Virus record (IMG/VR): IMGVR_UViG_3300037483_000286
Coordinates: 1,220 to 65,219 of that record
Length of the DNA stretch: 64,000 nt
Strand: one strand, 5' to 3'
Source: a virus
The notes under the pieces: generated by a model
Databases searched by the model: none
What the model was told of the DNA's origin: nothing
The model's input: the letters and a program-made list of their open reading frames with translations, nothing else
Made by a program: the position numbers and the translations under genes
Shown: one piece after another, positions 27,957-37,178 of the stretch
How the letters are laid out: each line of letters opens with the position of its first letter
How positions within the stretch are numbered: the first letter of the stretch is position 1

Positions 27957-29474
27957 TCAGATGGCAGTAGTCGGCAAGTACGGAAAACTTTGAAACAGCA
28001 GAGTATGCCCGAAGCTGGACTCCGCTGCATTCGTTTCCAGTGGCAATTGAATTGCCTGGTCTTGCTCGACTGCGAGCCGTCCATCACCCAGCGACAGGAG
28101 CGGTATGTCGATGATGATCGCTTTCTGGTCCTTTGCCAGGATGATATCCAGCGTGATATCTGCATTGTTCCGAACAGACTGCACGGCGTCGATGCTGGCG
28201 AAGTACGCAGTGATATTCCCGCCAACTTCAAACGTGCCTGCGCTCGTATCGAATGCGCCCAGAACGCCGATCGCCTTGTTCGGCGTGACGTTGTTGTTGA
28301 CCGATAGCGTGAGCTGCGTGGCGAACGCGAACAACGGTAGCACATCCGTGTCATCCGTTACGACAGCCAGCTTGATTCGTGCAAAGTCCGAGCTGGTGTT
28401 GTACGCATCTTCGGACACGAGTGTCGGACGAGTGCCTGCTTTGACACCCGTCAGTCCATTGCGCTGCTCATTGTCGCAAGCAATAAACGTCAGGTCGATC
28501 GTAACCTTGTCCGCTTGCTCCACGTTCACAGTCAACTCGTTCGCGACTGCGCCAACGAGATACTCCGACATCGTACCGTTCACATCCACGCCAAGTGTGC
28601 GCTCCACGTTGTACGTACGGCGAATGATATCCGCAGGCAGCGGCTCATTCTTGATCACGCTTCCGTAGTAAATGCGGATCGTCTTACCGGTACCAGCTTC
28701 CGCTTGAGGAGTCCAAGTGGTCTTGTCGAACTCAATGAACGTAGCAGTGATACGCTTGATACGCGCATATCCCTGATTGTTCACGAACACATTTCCCGCT
28801 ACTTCGTCACCGATGTACACCCACTCACCTGGGATCAACGGCAGTGTGGTCATCGTCACTGCAGAACTCACAAGCTGAGGAAGCGTGCCGTTCATCGCGA
28901 TACTGACATCGGCTGAAGCAAACTGATGCCCCACAAGCTCCACCTTGGCAGCAGCAGGAGGCACAGCCTCATCCGCCAACGAGTCACTCACACTGATTGC
29001 GATCCCAGTGCTAATTGCATTCGAAGTTTTCAATCCATTGTTCGCAGTGACACCAAAACCAGAGGCGTAAACTAAGTCGCCTGGGATGATTGTCGTTGGA
29101 AGACCTGCAGCGGCAGTATAGTCATCGTTGGCAGCGAGAATGCCTGTGATAACCACAGCCGCTGTGTTCAATGCCTGCGTCGTCGCCTTCTCCCTCGCAT
29201 TCGCGAAGAAGAAACCTTGCAGTACACGAGTACTGTTATTGAACGTCAGGTCTTGGTTGAATCCGCCGCTCGCGTCCAAGTCCGTGATCACGCCTTTCTT
29301 GCGCTGACGCGACGGGTTGATCGGGTTGCGCGCGATAGTGGCAAGCTGCCCTCCGAAGTCCGAATACGAGTTCGGCTCCAGTGGATACCACACAGGAGAA
29401 CCAGGCAGGACTTTCAGTGAAGCCTCTTCGGCGAACCGGAGTCCTGTGATATTGCTATCGACTTTGTCAGCCAT
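27957..29474 (-). CDS. major tail (tube) protein
   Basis: 505 aa; W..LEPNSYSDFGG.L.T.ARNPIN.SRQRKKG..TDLDASGG; synteny. Confidence 0.88.
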   Translation of the reverse strand: MADKVDSNITGLRFAEEASLKVLPGSPVWYPLEPNSYSDFGGQLATIARNPINPSRQRKKGVITDLDASGGFNQDLTFNNSTRVLQGFFFANAREKATTQALNTAAVVITGILAANDDYTAAAGLPTTIIPGDLVYASGFGVTANNGLKTSNAISTGIAISVSDSLADEAVPPAAAKVELVGHQFASADVSIAMNGTLPQLVSSAVTMTTLPLIPGEWVYIGDEVAGNVFVNNQGYARIKRITATFIEFDKTTWTPQAEAGTGKTIRIYYGSVIKNEPLPADIIRRTYNVERTLGVDVNGTMSEYLVGAVANELTVNVEQADKVTIDLTFIACDNEQRNGLTGVKAGTRPTLVSEDAYNTSSDFARIKLAVVTDDTDVLPLFAFATQLTLSVNNNVTPNKAIGVLGAFDTSAGTFEVGGNITAYFASIDAVQSVRNNADITLDIILAKDQKAIIIDIPLLSLGDGRLAVEQDQAIQLPLETNAAESSFGHTLLFQSFPYLPTTAI

Positions 29475-29477
29475 AAA

Positions 29478-29882
29478 TCACCTCACATCTCGATATTCGA
29501 AATCCGCTTTAACATCGAAGCGTTCAAAAGCTCCATCGGGGCCCATTTCGCTCATGCGAACATTCCGATACCAGATGCTTCCACGTTCGGCTTGGTAAGC
29601 ATTCACCAGGCTTTGCGACGCTGCGTACCCTAGTTTCATTCCGTCACCGACAGGGGCGAAGACCTGAATCCACACAAACCCCAATCGATCATAAATCGTA
29701 GTTCCTAACCCGCCAGTGAGTGATCCTTGTCTGCCGTCAACATGTTTGATCTTGACCCGTGCCCAGACCACAGGGTCAGTAGGCGGAACGGAGCCAGTAA
29801 CGTCCACGTAGTGCGCAGGCTTCGGATCCCAGGCAGCTTTGAAGACCGCGAGCATCGCGTCGCGTGCTTCATCAAATGTCAC
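29478..29882 (-). CDS. tail terminator protein
   Basis: synteny; WARV.I.H.......L.G......R.G.V.IQVF.P.G.G. Confidence 0.75.
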   Translation of the reverse strand: MTFDEARDAMLAVFKAAWDPKPAHYVDVTGSVPPTDPVVWARVKIKHVDGRQGSLTGGLGTTIYDRLGFVWIQVFAPVGDGMKLGYAASQSLVNAYQAERGSIWYRNVRMSEMGPDGAFERFDVKADFEYRDVR

Positions 29883-30262
29883 CGTTTAACCCCTATGGCA
29901 TAAAGAATCGTAGTTGGTCCAGGCTTCAACTCACGTGTCCAATCAACCTTCCAAAACGATCCTACATCCGTGATTCGATGGAACGCCGTTAAATCATTCA
30001 CTCCGTCCGCTGCGATCAAAGCTACCTGCTCGACACGTTTCAGGAGTTCGTCATCCTTCGCGAACAAGCCAAGCTCACTAGCAGACGACACAGGAAGAAA
30101 TACAGCCTTCAGCGAAGCTGTAGCAGCCACGGTAGGCACTGCAGGCCCTTTCCAAGGCTTGTTCGCATCCACGGGCACACTGCTCAACTGATCGATCGTG
30201 ATTGTGCGACCGTTCTTATCGATCAGCCTTTGCGCCAGTGCCACTGCTCGAGCGTAATCCAT
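29879..30262 (-). CDS. head-closure protein
   Basis: synteny; A.RLI.KNGR, LKPGPT.ILY. Confidence 0.7.
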   Translation of the reverse strand: MDYARAVALAQRLIDKNGRTITIDQLSSVPVDANKPWKGPAVPTVAATASLKAVFLPVSSASELGLFAKDDELLKRVEQVALIAADGVNDLTAFHRITDVGSFWKVDWTRELKPGPTTILYAIGVKR

Positions 30263-30759
30263 CAGCGTATCACTCTACGTGAAGAGTCCACGAGCCCACG
30301 AAGCAAAACATCAGCCGCAGGATAGGGCTTGAAAAGAAAGAGGGAGAACGCTTCAGAATACTTTGTCCTTTCTTCCAGCGGACCTACCTTCTCCATCTTT
30401 TCGATAACCCTGCCACCTGTTGCATCCGTTGTCGGGTCAGGCGCGAGTACTGCTGTCAATGCACGCAATGCGTACTCCGCGACAGCCTGCTTCATTTTCA
30501 CAGGCATCTGCGGGTCCGTTTCGTCACAGTAAACAACAGGAAATGGAAGCGCTTGATCCTCATTATACGGACTGCCTAAGAACTTGAAGCGGTTCGCCAA
30601 GTAGTCAGTCGCTCGCACGATCGCGGGTTGCTTCACGGTAGCGGTATCACCCGTCCATGCAACAATCCCGCGATCTGCGAAGTAAGTGTCAGCAAACGCA
30701 ACGTCGATTAACGCGTTGGCATTTGCTAATCCTGTACCGTCTTCGACTACGAATGCCAT
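30262..30759 (-). CDS. head-tail adaptor (DnaT-like family)
   Basis: FVVEDGTGL.NANA.I....AD.YF..RG, ATDYL...F.G, QAL.FP. Confidence 0.85.
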   Translation of the reverse strand: MAFVVEDGTGLANANALIDVAFADTYFADRGIVAWTGDTATVKQPAIVRATDYLANRFKFLGSPYNEDQALPFPVVYCDETDPQMPVKMKQAVAEYALRALTAVLAPDPTTDATGGRVIEKMEKVGPLEERTKYSEAFSLFLFKPYPAADVLLRGLVDSSRRVIR

Positions 30760-32553
30760 CTACGTCAACTCCAAGAAATGCACTGAGGACGAGAAAGCCG
30801 TGTAATCGATATAGTTCGGTATTTCACTCCACCACAAAAATCCATGTCTCACCTGCGGACGCGCGATAATCTTAGAGCTGGTACGCATGACCGCATCTAC
30901 TGTCCATGTGTTTCCTCCGTCCGCTGTAATCATCCGCACAAGCTGCCATGATCCCGGACCAACACTGCCACCCAGGTTTCGAGCGCAGTAGACAATATCA
31001 GTATCCGCCTCATCGAAGCACGCACCACCAAAATAATCGGAGGTACCTGCGAAGAATGCAGGACCACTGCTCGCGATCGCTTGGCGCGTGAACAAGCCGG
31101 TTGCTGTATTGTAGACGTAACGGTAGTACGTACCTGCATTCTCATCCGCAAATTCGCTCGCAAGAATCTGTGGCACGCCAACACGTCCTAGTTCGTACAT
31201 GCGCGTGGTAGTCGGTGCTGTAACGTCCACAGCCTTGTGCTCTTCAGCCTCAGTAATAGGCAAGCCTGTGTCAGTGAGAACATTGCCGAAGACTGTACCT
31301 TCGGAGTCAATGACGTCACCTGTCGAAAGGTTGACACGGAAATAGTAGATATCATGGTTCGCTCCGACAAGCGGATGCGCGTAAGCGAAGCAGCGGATAT
31401 GAACGCCGTCAGGATCTATGACGCTAAAGACGTAGGTGTTCTGCGCGAGGATGCGTTCCGTAGACCATGTCACACCATCGTCATCGCTATAACGCATTAC
31501 CCAATCACCGGCGCTCGATGATCCAATGCGGTACATCATCCAGATACGCGCCGTCGCGGCAAGCCGATGCACCTGCATATAAGTGGCAGTGTTGCTCGTG
31601 ACTAACGTCCGCACTGAACCCCAGTTATCAAGATCGGCAGTTGCCGACAGACGCGAACGAACGTACAGATCCAGCGAGTGCGTGGCAAACGCAGGCATGA
31701 TCAAGCCCGTATTGGTTGCAACGAGCGCAGGGACATTGTGGTCATCTGATTCATCAGTCGCGAGCGTCGTCGTCACGCCGACCAATGTAGTGCGGCTCAT
31801 GCGCGTGATGTAGTACTGTCCACCTAATCCAGCAGTTCCGACGTAGAGCCAATTAGCTGTCGCGATGATGTTCGGCGCGACCCACTGACCCTGGATCGCA
31901 TTGCCGATCGCATTGACAAGCCCGTATGCACGAGGACGACGAAAACGTCGAGGAGTAACTGAATACGTCGTATACCAACGTGGAACAAGCGCCTGTGTCG
32001 TAGTAACTGGAAAGGTGAAGCGCACCGTCCAAGTCACTCCACCATCCTCGCTCGACTCAAACGTGACAACGCCTGCTACCCTACGAAGGCAGATCAACGA
32101 CAATATAGATTCAGGCAGTACATACGTTGGCACTGCAGTGAGCGAAGCTGTATTCACACCGTAAAACAGAGCGCCAGCTGTATTGACCTGTCCAATATAA
32201 TCACCGCCGCCATACGCTACGTCACCTGGAACAGCCGCATCAAAAGTCAGTACAATCGCGCCATCACCGCCAGCACCCTTACTGGCCTCGATCCAGCCAT
32301 CGGCACCTGATGGAAGTATGGTTGGAGCAGTATAGCCACGCGCACCTTGGCTCGTTCCAGCCGACGTCGCTGCATAGACCTCGTTGCCTTCGTTAGTCAG
32401 ATTGATTAACGTGCGAAACGTCACTGCCGTAGCAGTAGGAGGAGAAATAGCAGCGGCCGCAGCAGCGTCAATTCTCCGCTGCCGATTGCGCTTCCTTGAA
32501 TAGTAAAGCGCAACCTGCATACGATGACTTAACGGTGCGAACGTGCGCGCCAT
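30760..32553 (-). CDS. BNR-repeat (sialidase-like beta-propeller) protein, probably virion-associated
   Basis: Asp-boxes SEDGGVTW, SDDDGVTW, TADGGNTW and DDHNVP (BNR_4-like). Confidence 0.75.
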   Translation of the reverse strand: MARTFAPLSHRMQVALYYSRKRNRQRRIDAAAAAAISPPTATAVTFRTLINLTNEGNEVYAATSAGTSQGARGYTAPTILPSGADGWIEASKGAGGDGAIVLTFDAAVPGDVAYGGGDYIGQVNTAGALFYGVNTASLTAVPTYVLPESILSLICLRRVAGVVTFESSEDGGVTWTVRFTFPVTTTQALVPRWYTTYSVTPRRFRRPRAYGLVNAIGNAIQGQWVAPNIIATANWLYVGTAGLGGQYYITRMSRTTLVGVTTTLATDESDDHNVPALVATNTGLIMPAFATHSLDLYVRSRLSATADLDNWGSVRTLVTSNTATYMQVHRLAATARIWMMYRIGSSSAGDWVMRYSDDDGVTWSTERILAQNTYVFSVIDPDGVHIRCFAYAHPLVGANHDIYYFRVNLSTGDVIDSEGTVFGNVLTDTGLPITEAEEHKAVDVTAPTTTRMYELGRVGVPQILASEFADENAGTYYRYVYNTATGLFTRQAIASSGPAFFAGTSDYFGGACFDEADTDIVYCARNLGGSVGPGSWQLVRMITADGGNTWTVDAVMRTSSKIIARPQVRHGFLWWSEIPNYIDYTAFSSSVHFLELT

Positions 32554-32555
32554 GC

Positions 32556-33269
32556 TCAGGTGCCTGGGCGCTTGCGGCCGTAGCCTGTCTTGCGTGCCAT
32601 CACCGTGTCGATAGGGGAACGCTTCGGAACCAAGTCCGCTAGCTTGGCACCCATCTCGCCTTCGATCTTCTTCACGTTGGAAATCTGCTGCGCACGCCGC
32701 TCGAGCAGCTTGTTCTGGCTTGCGAGGTAAGCCATGATGTCTTGCTGGTTGGAATGCTTCGGCGTCTCCTTGTCCATCTTGATAATCAAGGCGTCAGCAA
32801 GTGTGGACAGCTCCTCCCGCTGCTTCTTCAGAACGTGCAACACCTTGTCGATTTCCAGTATCTCGTCTTGATGCAAAGCCAGCAGCTCCGCATCGGACAA
32901 GTCCGAAACGTCCGGCAAGTCCTTGATAAGCTCAAGCGCTTCAGTGAGCGCAGCAGGAGCGACAGCAGGGTCATAAGCAGGAGGAGCCTGCGGCGGAATC
33001 ACAGCAGCAGCTTGCACAGGAGGCGCTTGCAGCGTTGTTTCCGCAGTGGGCGCGGGAGCAGTAGCGGGCGGAGCGAGCGCCGCTTGCTGCGCGTTATACG
33101 CAGCCAATCGAGTGAATTCGGGAGCAGCCAACGTGATAGCTTCGCGCGTCAGCGACTGATCGCTGGCCAGCATCCGCACAGTCTCGACCCGTGGCAAGCC
33201 GTCGCCGGTCCAGTGATTGTCATTGTTGACGTCGAGCTTGCTCAGTGCGGCCTGGATCTGCGTGGTCAT
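32556..33269 (-). CDS. hypothetical head-module protein
   Basis: LD.NND.HWT.DGLP N-terminus, Ala/Pro linker, coiled coil; GGAG RBS. Confidence 0.7.
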   Translation of the reverse strand: MTTQIQAALSKLDVNNDNHWTGDGLPRVETVRMLASDQSLTREAITLAAPEFTRLAAYNAQQAALAPPATAPAPTAETTLQAPPVQAAAVIPPQAPPAYDPAVAPAALTEALELIKDLPDVSDLSDAELLALHQDEILEIDKVLHVLKKQREELSTLADALIIKMDKETPKHSNQQDIMAYLASQNKLLERRAQQISNVKKIEGEMGAKLADLVPKRSPIDTVMARKTGYGRKRPGT

Positions 33270-33282
33270 TATTTGCTCCGGG

Positions 33283-33316
33283 AAAAGTTAGAAAGCGCCA
33301 GTCAATGTCCTGGCGC
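33283..33316 (-). terminator. rho-independent terminator
   Basis: GCGCCAG-8-CTGGCGC followed by TTTCTAACTTTT on the minus strand. Confidence 0.7.
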
Positions 33317-33329
33317 CTGCCGTGGCTGC

Positions 33330-33848
33330 TCAGTCGTCGCCGAGAACGATGTAAGCCAGATGCAGAACTCCGTTCACCGTGAACGACGAATTGCCCGTAC
33401 TGGATGCATCCGGTACAGTCACGTTCAGGTTCAACTCCTTGTCACCCGCAGTGTTGTCGATGATCACTCCATTCTGCGTGGCTGTACTGGCCACACGTAC
33501 ACCCGACAGCGTGCCAGTGGTAGCAGCAGATTGGGCAGTTGCAGGAATGATATCGATTTCGCCAGCACTGAGCGTCGCATCAGCAGTTGGGTCCGAACCC
33601 AATGCTATCGTCGCGACAAACGCATCGATCAATGCGGCGCTACCTTTGACGAGAGATGCCTGTGATAGCAACGCTCCCAGGAGCAAGATATTGCCTTGCG
33701 GCAAACCTGAAACCACCGCAGTACCCCATGAACCCGCAGTCGTCGCGTCGGTCATGGTAACAGCGAGATTCCTGATCACAATGTCCTTTCGGACAATGTC
33801 TTGCCGCGCAGGTGCCCCGCGTGACGTTCCTCGTGCGTAACCTTTCAT
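33330..33848 (-). CDS. capsid decoration / virion structural protein
   Basis: 172-aa beta-rich ORF directly after the major capsid gene. Confidence 0.6.
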   Translation of the reverse strand: MKGYARGTSRGAPARQDIVRKDIVIRNLAVTMTDATTAGSWGTAVVSGLPQGNILLLGALLSQASLVKGSAALIDAFVATIALGSDPTADATLSAGEIDIIPATAQSAATTGTLSGVRVASTATQNGVIIDNTAGDKELNLNVTVPDASSTGNSSFTVNGVLHLAYIVLGDD

Positions 33849-33877
33849 GATAGCTCTCCCGGAATTGTGAGCGTGAA

Positions 33878-33903
33878 GTAACAGGGTCTCACGACCCTGT
33901 TAC
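33878..33903 (-). terminator. 11-bp hairpin after the major capsid gene
   Basis: GTAACAGGGTC-4-GACCCTGTTAC; short U-tract. Confidence 0.6.
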
Positions 33904-33912
33904 AGTGGCAGA

Positions 33913-34950
33913 CTAGAACTCGCGGCTGATGAGACGCGCCATCTTGATCTGCTTGCGCTCCGGGAACACACGAACCCAGCTGTCGACGTGTGCCAGGTTG
34001 CCTGCAGTCGCAGCATTGGACGGACCGCCTGCGGGAGGGGTAGCGACCGCGAAGGCTTCACCGACAGGGTGGATGATCCATTCCGTGCGGTTGTACAGGA
34101 CTTCTTGACCGGAACCGTTGCCCGCGTCCGGCTTGCGCTCCACTTCAGTCGGCACCTTGGGCGAACCCATGCCCAGACGAATGGAACCTGCGCCGAACAG
34201 CCACGTCTGAAATATGCCCGCTGCACGAGGGGTGCCGTCGTCCACGACGATCTGTCGACCCAAGAACGTGGGAATGCCAGTGGCAGACTGATTCGTGCTG
34301 TCCGGAATGAAATCGATCAGGTTGTTTTTCAGCGCTCGATTGTAAACGATCGAGTGCATGATAACGAGGCCCAGCTGGTCCATGCTGTCACCCATGGTCA
34401 CAGCAGCATCGAGGAATCCTTCCGCGCTGAAGTTCGTGACACCGTCCACGAAGCCGGCGCCAGAGATGTCGTGCGTCATGTCGTTCAGAGTGTGTTCCGT
34501 GCCGACTGGCGCTGCGGCGTTATCCGCGTATACTCCAGTAATGGTCGCGATGAACGCAGTCTGCAGACGACGAACCCAGTACGCTGCCACACGGTTGGCA
34601 ATGGCGGTCATGGGATCGGCGCCGGCCAAGTCTGCGGCCAAGTCACCCGAACTCCAGCTGTTGTTGCGGGACAGGCGAACCTGGATTTCAGTTGCCGTGC
34701 CGATCTTGTTTGGGGTCGACAGCGTGGCAAGGGTTGCAGATGCAACATTGTCCGCGTCGTTGTCCAGATCCTTGAAGCTCGGCTCATTGAACGTGAGACC
34801 GCCGCCTGCCAAGTCGGTATCCAGCACCGTATCGCGCACTGCGGCGCCAGACTGGATGATTCGCGACTTTTCTTCCGTCAGTTGCTGGACGTACGGAGAG
34901 AAAATCTCCGGAACAACGACGTCACTGACTGTACCTGCACCTGCTGCCAT
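33913..34950 (-). CDS. major capsid protein
   Basis: 345 aa; T.VSDVVVPEIF..YV, DPM.AIA.RVA.YW, FLGR.IVVDD; follows scaffold; GAGGAG RBS. Confidence 0.93.
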   Translation of the reverse strand: MAAGAGTVSDVVVPEIFSPYVQQLTEEKSRIIQSGAAVRDTVLDTDLAGGGLTFNEPSFKDLDNDADNVASATLATLSTPNKIGTATEIQVRLSRNNSWSSGDLAADLAGADPMTAIANRVAAYWVRRLQTAFIATITGVYADNAAAPVGTEHTLNDMTHDISGAGFVDGVTNFSAEGFLDAAVTMGDSMDQLGLVIMHSIVYNRALKNNLIDFIPDSTNQSATGIPTFLGRQIVVDDGTPRAAGIFQTWLFGAGSIRLGMGSPKVPTEVERKPDAGNGSGQEVLYNRTEWIIHPVGEAFAVATPPAGGPSNAATAGNLAHVDSWVRVFPERKQIKMARLISREF

Positions 34951-35085
34951 GATAGATACTCCTCTGGGGATGGAATGAGTTCTGTAACTCGAACCCGAGG
35001 CACCATGGCTGGTGTTCGATGGGAATGATTATGGCCCATGCCACATTAGTGGCGAATGTAACATGGGCCAAATGCCTATGGCAAT

Positions 35086-35925
35086 TTATTTGCGCGCAGG
35101 AGCGGGCATGCCTCCACCGATCTTCGTACCTGCAGACTTAGCCATCTGCTCTGCACGACTGCGATTGGTTTTGATCAAGCCTGCTTGCTCAGTCATGTTC
35201 CAGTGTTCACGCGTGAATGGGTTGTTGCCACTAGGAGTCTGGTTGCTGCCGTTGTTCCCACGCGATCCGCCGCCACTGGTCGTGCCCCACCAATGCGGAC
35301 GTTTGACCTGCATCTCTGTGAGCCACACAACCGCGTCGATGCCAGGAGTCACACCTAGATCCTGTTTCGTGATCACTTTGCCATCTTCCGTGATTTCAAA
35401 CATGCGCTCGGCTTGTATCAGCACGTCCTCGATCGCAGACGCTTGGAATCCCTGCTGCTTACCCACAGCCTCCCGAACTGCATCATGTATTGTTCGGGTT
35501 CGCTCCTTCGCTGTGAAGCCCTCAATCTGCTTGTCTCGTTCCGTGATCTGCCCCTTCAACTGGTCGCGTTCGCGTTCCACAGGAGCCAGCTTCGTCTTGA
35601 TACGTCCTTCGACAATACCATTGATTTTCGCTTCGTCCAGCTTACCTTCTGCAGCGGCTTCCAGCTCAGGATACCTGTCCAGCATCGCCTGTACATCTTC
35701 CAGCTTCCTGTCACCCAGGAAAGCAACGAACGGCGCCAGCGCTTCCTTAGCCTTGCGTTCGGAGATCCGGCGAGCACCGTTCTCTGTCTTGAGTGCCTTC
35801 ACAGAGCTCAAACCCGAAACGTCTTCAACTCCTGTGATTTCAAACTTATCCCCTACCTGAGTATACAGATCCTTGTACTTCTCATCGACGTCGTCTAAAC
35901 TGTCGACCACCGCTTTAATAGCCAT
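35086..35925 (-). CDS. capsid scaffolding protein
   Basis: coiled-coil, acidic; HWW.T.SGGGS.G, NPF..E.WNMTEQ; immediately upstream of MCP. Confidence 0.85.
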   Translation of the reverse strand: MAIKAVVDSLDDVDEKYKDLYTQVGDKFEITGVEDVSGLSSVKALKTENGARRISERKAKEALAPFVAFLGDRKLEDVQAMLDRYPELEAAAEGKLDEAKINGIVEGRIKTKLAPVERERDQLKGQITERDKQIEGFTAKERTRTIHDAVREAVGKQQGFQASAIEDVLIQAERMFEITEDGKVITKQDLGVTPGIDAVVWLTEMQVKRPHWWGTTSGGGSRGNNGSNQTPSGNNPFTREHWNMTEQAGLIKTNRSRAEQMAKSAGTKIGGGMPAPARK

Positions 35926-35981
35926 GCTTCACCCTTTGCCCGCCATGCGGGATTTTAATAGTCACAACACATTGCTATGAC

Positions 35982-37178
35982 TTAGAAATCATCTACTTTC
36001 AATCCTGCTGCCTTGAACGCGTCCTTCTGCGTCTTCGCAAGTTGGGAGAGCGTAAGCTCATCACCATTGCGGTTCACGAACTTATCCAGCGGCAGTCCGC
36101 CATCACGGAATAGCTTCGCCTTCGTGACACCTAGAACGTCATCTTGAAATGAAACACTCTGGCCCTTGAGCCATTCACTGTATGTAGTAGATGCAGGCAC
36201 AGGACCAACTATCCTCCGAATCTCAGAGCGCTTCCACTTGTCAAAGTCTGTCCGGCTTCCACGTGGTAGCGCGTCACGGCTATTGATATCACCCAATCCA
36301 TTCCTCTTTGCATACTGTCCAACGAGATCCTTTTCGATAAAAGGCTTCGCAGGACGACTGCCAAGCAGGATACCGTTCAGGGCAGCAATACGCAAGCTGC
36401 GACAGCTAAAATGCAGTATAGGTCTAGGACCCTTGCCCAGCGGAAACATTTTACCATCATTAGCTCTACAGATAGGAGTCGTGCGCGAGTCAAGTGTCGC
36501 AACAAAGCGCTCAAGGTCAACAATATCAGCGTTCTCTTGAAAGAATATATCACGAGCTCTATTGCTGATATCAATCACTGCTGAACGTGTGATAGTAGCA
36601 GCGGAGCGGCGAGTCATCTCTGTGACTCCATCCGTTCCCTGCAACGATCGAGTACCTACCACACGACGCGCGATAACTGCCATGTCTTCGCCTGCAACCA
36701 TACCGTTCTGGATGGCGCCGCGAATCCTACGCAGGTCGTCCGCTTCCATGTCCTCTGCCCATTCAGACAGTATGCGACCTTCGAACGGATCGTTGAGTGC
36801 AATCGCTTTCAAACGAGCTGCTGTGGGCATTACTGTTTCAATAACCACAGGCATCGTGACGCTAATCGCATCATTAACGAACACAGGTTCCATACGCGCC
36901 AGCTGGATAGCCTGCGCCTCCATCAACTCACCTGCTTCGCCCCAGGCATTGCCTCGAATCTTTTCTATGGACTCCATCAACGCTTCTAAGCGTCGGAATT
37001 CTACGCCTGTACTTAGTCCTTTATTGTTCGCTAGCCTAGAACGTATCTTATCTGCAAGATCCTCCTCTGTTCCGTCTAGTATCTTCCACACCTCATTACG
37101 AAGATGTCCCGCATAGCGAAGCAGGTAGATTTGATGCCTTAGCAAGGCATCAAACAGTTCTTCGTTCGCTGTTTTCAT
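35982..37178 (-). CDS. minor head protein (SPP1 gp7 / Mu F-like)
   Basis: ATLDSRTTPICRANDG, P.LHFSCRS, Y.EWLKGQ....QD.VLG..KAKLFR.G. Confidence 0.88.
   Translation of the reverse strand: MKTANEELFDALLRHQIYLLRYAGHLRNEVWKILDGTEEDLADKIRSRLANNKGLSTGVEFRRLEALMESIEKIRGNAWGEAGELMEAQAIQLARMEPVFVNDAISVTMPVVIETVMPTAARLKAIALNDPFEGRILSEWAEDMEADDLRRIRGAIQNGMVAGEDMAVIARRVVGTRSLQGTDGVTEMTRRSAATITRSAVIDISNRARDIFFQENADIVDLERFVATLDSRTTPICRANDGKMFPLGKGPRPILHFSCRSLRIAALNGILLGSRPAKPFIEKDLVGQYAKRNGLGDINSRDALPRGSRTDFDKWKRSEIRRIVGPVPASTTYSEWLKGQSVSFQDDVLGVTKAKLFRDGGLPLDKFVNRNGDELTLSQLAKTQKDAFKAAGLKVDDF

Noticed and set aside
34980-35000. GGGTTCGAGT T-loop-like sequence on the minus strand (possible tRNA)
   Set aside because: No acceptor, D or anticodon arms can be built; no tRNA was found anywhere by eye
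32742-35028. Long plus-strand ORFs (32742-33665, 33988-35028, 34358-34978) opposite the head genes
   Set aside because: Antisense shadows of GC-biased codon usage; no RBS and no motifs
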